NCBI RefSeq assembly: GCF_006345805.1
Contig: NC_043014.1
Location: 1,674,001 to 1,738,000 of the forward strand
Direction of reading: 5' to 3'
DNA: 64,000 bases
DNA from: Octopus sinensis
Taxonomy: Eukaryota
Position numbers and translations under genes: made by a program. Shown piece after piece: positions 13,501-23,344 of the stretch (positions within the stretch are counted from its first letter, which is position 1; every line of letters starts with the position of its first letter). The notes under the pieces are model-generated. The model had not been told where the DNA came from. It was given only the letters and a program-made list of their open reading frames with translations, and did no database searches.

Positions 13501-16500
13501 CACAGCTGACAAATGGAAACTGAAAGAAGCTTGTTGCAAGAGCTTGTGTATGCCTATAAGTATGTATGTCATTCCTTATCTCAACATTACATGGCAGTTG
13601 TAAACAAATGTCACCATCAGACAAGGGGTGTTTGTCATCACTGATCTTCTGTGAAAAGAAGTCCCTTGGAAACAAGCAATGGAAAAACATGGATATTAAG
13701 ATGATGATGATGGCTTACTGGTTGAAAATACAAAGAAAATGTGAACCATTCAATAACAATTCGTACTGAAGGAGAGAGGGGGAGGGAGAGAGTGAGAGAG
13801 AGAAAGAGTGAGATAGAGAGACTGGGAGAGAAAGAGTGAGATAGAGAGAGTGAGAGAAAGAAAGAGAGAGAGTGAGAGAAAGAAAGAGAGAGAGTGAGAG
13901 AGTGAGTGACAGAGAGAGTGAGAAAGAGAGAGTGAGAGAGTGAAAGAGAGAGAGAGTGAAAGAGAGAGAGAGTGAGAGAAAGTGAGAGAGAGAGAGAGGG
14001 TGTGTGAGAGAGAGAGTGAGAGGTGAACTCACGTGTCTAATTTTGCTTGCAAGGTTTGCAGTTGTTCACGGAGTTTTTTCGAATCTTCGCGTCTCTTTTT
14101 CGTCTCAGTCTTGTTGATATGCATATATCTAGAATGACAGCAATAAATACACAGACAGGGTCTAATATTCCATTCACATACAGTCACACACATCTGAAAC
14201 CATATAGACACACACACACTTACACAAGTATATACAATTTACACACACACACACAAATGTGCAAAACAGAATGTGTATGGATGAGGGCAGCTGCATAAAG
14301 AATGCCAATCTCCAATTGTGGGGGGAACCTGTGGCAGAGGTAGACCCAGGAAGACATAGGATGAGGTGCTGAAGCATGACCTTCAATTGTTGAGTCTCAC
14401 AGAAGTGATGACATATGACCAAGGCTTCTAGCGATTTGCTGTGCTTGAGAACACACATGAAGCTAAGTGAAGCCATGGTCAGTGGTCAGTGCCGGGGACG
14501 TGTAAAAGACACACAGTATACACTGTGGAGTGGTTGGCATTAGGAAGGGCATCCAGCCCTAAAACCCAGGCCAAAACAGACTAGAGCCAGGTACAGCTCC
14601 CCGTTTTAACAGCACCAGTCAAACCATCTAACCCATGCCAGCATGGAAAATAGATGAGAATCAGATCATTCCCAGGAAGCAAGTGGAAGAAATTCTTAAA
14701 GAGATTGCCAAAAATTGTACTAAAAGTTTGTATTCTTAGGTATTAGCTAAGGGACAAAATAATGATAAACGTTTGGATTATGCACAAGGATGTGAAAGAT
14801 AAAGGGTTGGAAAGGGAGTGTTAATCAACATCATTGCCCCTTGTACTTGACAACCCCAAAAAGCATAAAAGTCATAGCTGACCATGGTAGGATTTGAACT
14901 CAGGATATGAACCAGAAGAAATGCTGCTAAGCATTTTGTTCAACATGCTAACGATTCTATTGGCTCACCACTTTAATAATATTTTTGTCACAAAAATTAC
15001 AAATTCTGACTCCAGTATTTATTTTTATTAACCTTGCAAAAGGATATGCAGATATTTTGGAAATACCACATGGAGTGAAAAATTATACCCCGTGGCAAGG
15101 AATAGTACTCATTTAGACACCCTACCATGGATATGGTGAAGTCATGGGACTGCAGCACGATGGGGTGTGATGAAGTAGCAGAAGAGATCAACTGAGCCAA
15201 TGATGTTTCTTACATTGAGGCTGAACAGAGGAATGCAAGAAGATGAGTGGTCAGGATGAGCAAGCTCTATCAAGAGATTTAACTAAAGCGCATCCATACA
15301 AGTGGCATTCATGGTTGTGCAATTGATTAATGTAAGATTCATTAGGACCCAAGCTGCCAATTCAAATATGAATAAGAGAACAGGGTGGTCGCAGAGAGTG
15401 ACAGGAACCCATACAAGCAGCTTGAGTGGATGAACAGCAAAGGTAACTCGAGAAATATTTAAATTTAGAACAAAGGTTTTGTGAAGTGGAACATCTTACC
15501 AAGAGAACACAATGGTTGATGGAAAAGCCACCTAGTTTGCTGATCTAGTACAGGTGTGACAGTCAGAGACAGCACAATATGTGCTGTGAGCTATAAACTT
15601 AATATTGAACAATCAGAAAAGTAAACAACTTCGCCACCTGAGCAATTATAATGGTGTAAGAAATCGAGATGACAAAATGATTTTTCCAGGTCAGCACAAA
15701 TAAAATAGGTTTCATAATTGCAATATGTGTCAATGGAACAATTCGGCTTTGTTTGGCCTATATTCATAAAGTAAACCAGTCAGCTATGAAACCAAACTAG
15801 TCTGAGAAGAAGATAGCTCAAAATTCTTTTAACACAATTTATGTTCAGAAAGTATAGCATAAATCGGGCCCACTGTGGTGGGTGTGACACAGATCCTGCC
15901 TCGTGGGGCAGGCGTGACACAGATCCTGCCTCGCTGGGTGGGCATGACACAGATCCCACCTCGCGGGGCGGGTGTAACAGATCCTTCCTTGCAGGATGGG
16001 TGCGACACAGATCCTGCCTCGCGGGGCAGGCGCAACACAGATCCCGCCTCGCAGGGCAGGTACGACACAGATCCCGCCTTGTGGGACGGGTGTGACACAG
16101 ATCCCACCTTGCAGGGCCGGTGTAACAGATCCTTCCTTGCAGGGTGGGTTCGACACAGATCCTGCCTCGCGGAGCGGGCATGACACAGATCCCGCCATGC
16201 GGGGAGAAGCATGTGCAACACAGATCTCCCTCACGGGGCGAGCACGACACAGATCTCGCCTCGCAGGGTGGGCATGACACAGATCTCGCTTTGTTGGGTG
16301 GATACGGCACAGAACTTGTCTAGCTGGTGAATGATTATGGCAGAAACCTTATCTAAGAGAGGTAACATGAACTGCTGTAACAAGGTTGCAACTTGTCTGA
16401 CAGTAAAGCACAGCTTACCTATCCATAAAGAGTACTTGGGGAAACTCTAGCTTGCTGTGTAGCTTCTCTGACCGTTGTAATTGTTTGTTATAATCATAGC

Positions 16501-19500
16501 GTGTTAGCATAAACGTCATGATCGGAGGCAGTTTGTTGAACCAAATCTGGAAAAAGACACAAAACAAGGTTTTTAAAATTTTTTCTTTACAATACATCAA
16601 AAACGAAACAAAAAAGAAATAGGCTAGGGTTAAGGGGAAGACAGCTGCCCTTTGCTTGATCTAAATATATTGACAGAAATTTCTCAACATGGTATTGAGA
16701 AGATCACATCACAACCAAATAGTTTCAGACGCAATTCCCTGGGATCCTTCAGTCAGTGTCCTTTCCTATAGTCTCCAGTTGATCAATGTCTTGTGCATGA
16801 AATTTAATAGATGGAGACTGTACAGAAGCCTGCCATACATATAGACAGGGGTTCAGTCCGATTGTGTAGACACTGTAGACTGGTATCCTTTACTACAGAC
16901 ACAGGTTGACCAATACCTTAGGCAAAAACTGATCGGTTTGAGAGAGAGAGTCGTGTTTCCTGGAGCGAGTCCATATTTCTCATCTTCACGTGCGTTCGCT
17001 GACTGTAAACAGAAGCCTCACTGTTCACCCAGACATTCAGGTGATGTCATATGTTCACAGTCCACCTCAAAGGCATGTGTCAGGCTTCTTGACATAACAG
17101 CAATTCTTTGCAAACAAAGTACTTTACGTAACAATACCTTGGCTGTTTGTTAATCAACAGACTGAGAAATTATTACATTGGTTGGAAACAAATAAAGGCT
17201 GATATCAGGCCATAGAACACTACTCTGATGTAATCTTATCTGATTCATGCAAGCATAGCAAAGTAGATGTTAAAAATGATATATATATATATATGTATAT
17301 ATACTTGTCTTCACATTAACACTACTTGAGCAGCAGCGACACTGTCACTCAGTGGCACGTAAAAAGCACCCACTACACTCTCGGAGTGGTTGGCGTTAGG
17401 AAGGGCATCCAGCTGTAGAAACTTTGCCAGATCAAGATTGGGGCCTGGTGCAGCCATCTGGTTTGCCAGCCCTCAGTCAAAATCGTCCAACCTATGCTAG
17501 CATGGAAAGCGGACGTTAAACGATGATGATGATGATGATACCAGCAGCTTGGTAGTTCGATGTGTGAAGACATGGAGTAAAGTACTTTATATGCAAAACG
17601 AGGGTTGGTGTCAGGAAAGGGACCCAGTCATAGAACACTGCCTTAACAAGTCTCATCTAACCAATGCCAGCATAAAAAATAAGAATGCTGCTGCTATGGC
17701 CAATACCACCACCACCACCAAATCTTCTTCTCGTCACACAGAACTATTTGACTTACTTCTTTTGTAGGTGATTCCTCAGAACATGGCTGGCTTCCTCCAG
17801 TGGTTTCTTGCTCCAAACTTTCATGTACATCACGTACACCATTTACATTTAAATTAAACTGCAAAAATACACTATCATCCTCTGAAATTCAATACAGAAA
17901 TAGGGAGAAGCTTAATTAAAAATACACAATAAACGGCACAATTAATTAGTTAAACCTCATTATGTTAAGTTCTAGTTCATTGCTTAATTGTTAATTGCAA
18001 AAGAGTATAACTAGGAAGTTTGTACCACCACACTTTCACTGACTGTTTTGAGTGCTTGTAAAGTTGTAGGCAGACAGACACCACCTCAGTCCTCCCATTC
18101 AGCACTTGGGGATGAGACAGCTGGAAATGAGGGCTCTACTCAAAGACGGCACAGTCTTAGAATCAAACTCACAACCTTATAATATATATATATACACACA
18201 CACGTACACACATATACGTACACACACACACACACATATACGTACACGCACACACACATATATACGTACACACACACACACATATACGTACACACACATA
18301 CGTACACACACACATACGTACACACACACATACGTACACACACACATACGTACACACACACATATACACACACACACACGTACACACACACATATACACA
18401 CACACACACACATATATATATACACACACACACAAATATATATACAAGGTCAAAAAGGATAGATCTGACAGAGCCTTTTCTTTAAAATGCTTATTTTTTG
18501 ACCCCTTCATATCCTCCTCCTCCTTCCCAGAACTGAACTTCAGGAACAACACCAAACTGGTCAGCCAAAAAAGATGAACAACAACAACAATTGTAAAGAA
18601 ACCAGCAAACATACCTTTGTTATTGCCAATTTCAGTGTAACCCCCATAAAATAATTCAATCATAGGGTTTGTTTGTTCTTTTGGATCTCTGCAAGGGAAC
18701 AAAAAACCAATAGTTATTAATAAATTCAGACACAGTTGTAGCATGTTCAGTTAAAAGAATCAGAATAGGCAAGTACCAGGTTTTCTAATTCACAAACACT
18801 GACATAATTATCAGATAAATTACTTTCAAACATGGCAAATAATTTTTAAAAGGAAATTTTGTTAACAAAGCAAGTCTAATTCATAGCATTAACAATCCCT
18901 ATACACCAGTAAGAAAATAGAGTCACTTGGAATAGCTATGGTTTATGTTGGGTTCCAAGTGGGATCCCCAATGTCTTTAGCCCTTTCATTACCAACCCAG
19001 CTGAAACCGGCTCTGGCTCTGAGTACAAATGACTTGTTTCAAAAGTCCTGAATTAAAATCTTCCACCACACCTTAGTCACAATTCATGTTCCTAACACAA
19101 GCTTAACCCTTTAGCATTCAAACCGGCCAAAATATTTAACCTGTTTTATATTGAAACTGACCAGATCTCGCCTCTCACCTCAGCCCTACCATGTCATTCT
19201 AAAACTAAAAAATCACATCACTGAAATCTATAAACCACAAGATAATGCATGACTAATTCATATCAATGTGAATAAATAAGCCTCGCATTTGACAGAATAA
19301 TCTGAACACTAAAGGGTTAATGATAGCTAAGTTATTTTTCTAAATTCTTTGTTATATTTAAAAGTAATTGAAAGAAGCACAGAGCATGTCAAAATAAATA
19401 CAGTAATGAAAGGGTTAACAACAAAAAAACTGCCCAAAAGACAATCCACAGCCTCCAAAACTGGCAGGAGGAAGGAAGGTATTGACAAATCGCAAATCTA

Positions 19501-22095
19501 GCCCAAATGCTTCTCATAAAGGTACCCAAAGTGCCAGGTAGGGCTGTTAGACAAGGTAATGGATTAAATCTATGAGCCAAGTCAACTGCAAAGCATCTGA
19601 TCCAATGCTTTTCCAGTTCCAAATGACCAGCAGCCATGGATTGATTTTTTATTATTTTTTTTTTAATTGACCCAGTAAGGACGATAAAGAAATTGTGCAT
19701 TCAGGGAAACTCACCTTCACCACAAATGTCAAAATCCAGTCTCAACAAAGAAACCTCGCAGCTTGTGCTATCATCAGCATCATCATCATTTAATATCTGT
19801 TTTACGTGCTGGCATGGGTCGGACAGTTTGAGAGGAGCTGGCAAGCTGTAGGGCTGTTTGCTAAATGCATTTTGGTGCCTAGGCAGACACCCGCATGGCC
19901 CTCTCACCCAATCCAGACAAGGAACCAAACGCACAACCTTATGTTAATGAGCTCAATACCCTGACGATAAGGATTAAAGTATCTCTAAACCTGTTTGAAA
20001 CACTCTTTCTCAACTCAAATTTAACTGCTGTATCTGCCATTCTATTTCTCTTAAGACAAACATTTCATATCAAAAATAAAAAAAGAGGAAAACAAAATTA
20101 AAGAGAAAGAAGAAAAAGAAAGACTTACTTGCTACAAAAACTTCCAGAAGATTCTGTTAGCGTGGACGGTGAGTTTCTGAAAGCATCTTCAAGCCATTCA
20201 AGAAGCTTGCCTTGGAACTCGCTAACGTCCTAAAAAGAGCAAAGAAGATGAAACAACAGTGAAGCGGCTTTACTTGTATTTCCTTACCTATGGTAAGATA
20301 ATGTTCTTGAGCAAAAATCAAATTAAAATTAAATTACAAAAATTAAAATGTTCAACTTTTGGAAACAATCTTGTCAGTAACATACCAAAGTGTGTGTGTG
20401 TATGCATATTTCTGCATGTCTTAGTATGACACCTGAGTAAAGGTGATGCCTTGTTTAATCCTGTAAAGAACACATTTTGTAGCTTGTCAGCTTTAATGTG
20501 TGAAGATCAGTGTAATTAAAATACCTTACTCGGAAAACAAGTAAGGGTTGGCAACAGGAAAGTCATCTGGCCATAAAATGCTGCTTCAATAATTCTTGGA
20601 CCAACCCACATCAACAAACAGACATCACAGACAGCAGGCAAGACCATATTATCTACCTGTTACAGATCACTTAGTGAGGGATGCTTTACATGAAGCACAC
20701 ACAGCTGCGCATGTGCAGGTATGCACACCTGTGGTGACATATGTATAGATACCCAAATACACACACACACCTGAAAGGTTAAACACTCAGTTCATGAGAC
20801 ATTAAAAAACTTACTTGCTGACTATCTGACACTCCCATGTGAGATCTGAAGCCTTCTTTCAAAATCTCAACTGCTTTGGAAGGGTCCACATACTTTCGAT
20901 ACGAACCAATCATCAACGAGAAAAGGTTTCTTAGTTCTTCAGTAAATCGGAGACTACGAGTTTCCTGTAATAGACAAAATTATGACAGATTTCAACAAGA
21001 ATAATATTCACTCACAAACTTAGATAATCAAGGTTTCTCAAGTTACATGCAAAATATACTTTATGATCACAAAAACACGTGCTTCAGATACACTCGTTTA
21101 TTCATAGGAACGTAACTAAGTTGAAATGTCATAAATAACAGTGACAAATGAAATATACATTGCTGGAAGTTTTGTTGACAAACAGCAGTAATTTCATTGA
21201 TTGGTTGAAATCACCGAAATACAACTAACACGAAACTTTTCTCAACAACGCTAAGAGTAAAAGATGTTTTATATGACACATTCTACCAGTGTTCGAATTT
21301 TGAAAGTGTTTAGTTGCAAAAAATTAATTTCTCGATCTGCCGATGAAAGTGAAAAGATCCCTAAATTTTTCTTATAATATAAAGTGCCATCCCTCATTTG
21401 CTAAGTTAGCCCCCAATGTGCCGCCAGGAAAAACTAGATTTATTTTGTGGGCTCCCTTGTTTTTCATAAAATACAAACTCACAAACAAATGCATGCACAC
21501 GTTATCGCAAATATATGTATATATATATATAATAAATATTAGGGAATAAATCCAAATTTACAGGGAAAAAAAATCAGATTTAGGATTAAATCCAATTTTA
21601 TAGTAAAATATTATAAAATATTATTAGAGACAAAACCACTATTTTGCAAAACAAACAAGGAAAGTCTTAATCAATACATAAAATTTTAATAAATAGTCAA
21701 AAAAACCGCCACTACAATCGTTTCTTGTCTTGATCGACAATCTTCAGGTGGACTTCCAATAAGTCAGTTTCAAATGGTGTTATCCATAAAAATTTGCGGG
21801 GTGATTATAATAAAAAATAAGCAACAAGAATGACTCCGGTAATTTGGTACAATTGTTTCGCACTACAACATTTTATTAAAAGTTGTAAGTATTACAGCAG
21901 ATTTAAGATGCTGAGTGCTCATCAGCCAATTATAGAGGTTTTCCAATATTACAAAAGCTTTCAAATCGAATAGTAACATTTTAGAGAAGGTAGATATACA
22001 GACAAAGATGTGGATTTAAATTTTAAGAACATATGAGGTTGTGAAGTCTAGCCACTAACTGACCAAACTATGGTTGTATCTAACTGCTATAAGAA

Positions 22096-22131
<36 letters not shown>

Positions 22132-22862
22132 AAAAATACAGATTGAAAATGCACTGAGAATAGTTAAAATATTTGAAGCTTTAACCGGATTCAAAAAGTT
22201 CAAATAGAAAGACGTGGCTTATGTCGCAGCCATCTTGCTTCTGACTAGAGTTTGAAGTCTGCCCTGTTTTTATAGGAAGTTCATGGCTCAAATTAGAATA
22301 TGTTTTGGATAGGATTTGATTGGAAGAGGATAGTCAGATGACTGGTCTTAGAAATTTTTGTATGTTGCTTGCTATATGCTTGTGTTAATATCAAGTGGCA
22401 ATGTTTAGTGTCTTAAGTTAAGGCTGACACGGTTGACTGAACATGTCCAATCAAACAATGCTCTGAATGTTTTCAGAGCATTGATTGCCAACTGTTGACA
22501 GAAAACTTTCAGAGCATTGTTTGTTTGGACAGGTTCAGTCAACTGTGTCAGCCTTAACTTGCTACACTAAACATTGCCACTTGATACTAACACATGTAGC
22601 AAGCAACATACAAAAATTTCTAAGACCAGTCATGTGACTATCCTCTACCAATCAAAACATATTCTAATTTGAGCCATGAACTCCCTATAAAAACAGAGCA
22701 AACTTTAAACATTAGTCAGAAGCAAGACAACTGCGACATAAGCCACGTCTTTCTATCTGAACTTTTTGAAAGTCAGTGTAAAGGGTGAAACCAGTTAAAG
22801 CTTCAAGTATTTTAATAAAAAAATATTTCAACTATTCTCAGTGCATTTTCAACTTCTATTTT

Positions 22863-22904
<42 letters not shown>

Positions 22905-23136
22905 AGCAATGACTCTGAAACTAGTCTCTGATTGCTGGCTTTGCTGGGTGGAGGTGCTTATCTCCCCTTTGAAAACATAAGGACACAGGAAATGTGTCAA
23001 GGCCAACAGGAAACGGTGTTTCCTAGGGCTAAATAGCAGTCGCATTCTTCCCTTTCATGGGACTGTCACACTTGATTGACAACATACCATCACTTTATCA
23101 TGCTGCTACTGAATAAATCTGAGATTTAGAAATGTA

Positions 23137-23187
<51 letters not shown>

Positions 23188-23303
23188 GATGAATATGGTA
23201 CTTAAGTTGAGGCACCAGAATTTAGTATGGTATTAACCATATGATTTCAAAGTAAGGTGATTAAAATAAAAATAAGCAACAAGAATCCTTGTTGCTTATT
23301 TTG

Positions 23304-23344
<41 letters not shown>

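Larger units (their letters stand above)
21531..22098 (-). mobile_element. Probable solo pseudo-LTR of a Penelope-like element bounded by (AT)n
   Basis: Carries two hammerheads, as PLE pLTRs do; flanked by (AT)n; no ORF. Confidence 0.55.

Noticed and set aside
15000-15760. Possible old CR1/Jockey-like LINE remnant
   Set aside because: Similarity too patchy to support by eye.
15780-16310. CRISPR-like look and several 84-176 aa ORFs in the 30-bp array
   Set aside because: Variable parts are mutated copies of one unit, not unique spacers; no cas genes; eukaryotic intron. The ORFs are open only because the GC-rich 30-bp unit lacks stops.
18106-18462. Long HT/CV/YI-rich ORFs here and at 35859-36222 and 47710-49888
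   Set aside because: Translations of (CA)n and (TA)n microsatellites.
19715-19741. Possible micro-exon with a GTGAGT donor
   Set aside because: Weak GAG acceptor, and it would break the phase between exons 8 and 9, which already join correctly.
20925-20942. CTGAAGAACTAAGAAAC on the minus strand
   Set aside because: Inside coding exon 7 (EELRN); no stem II; coincidental.
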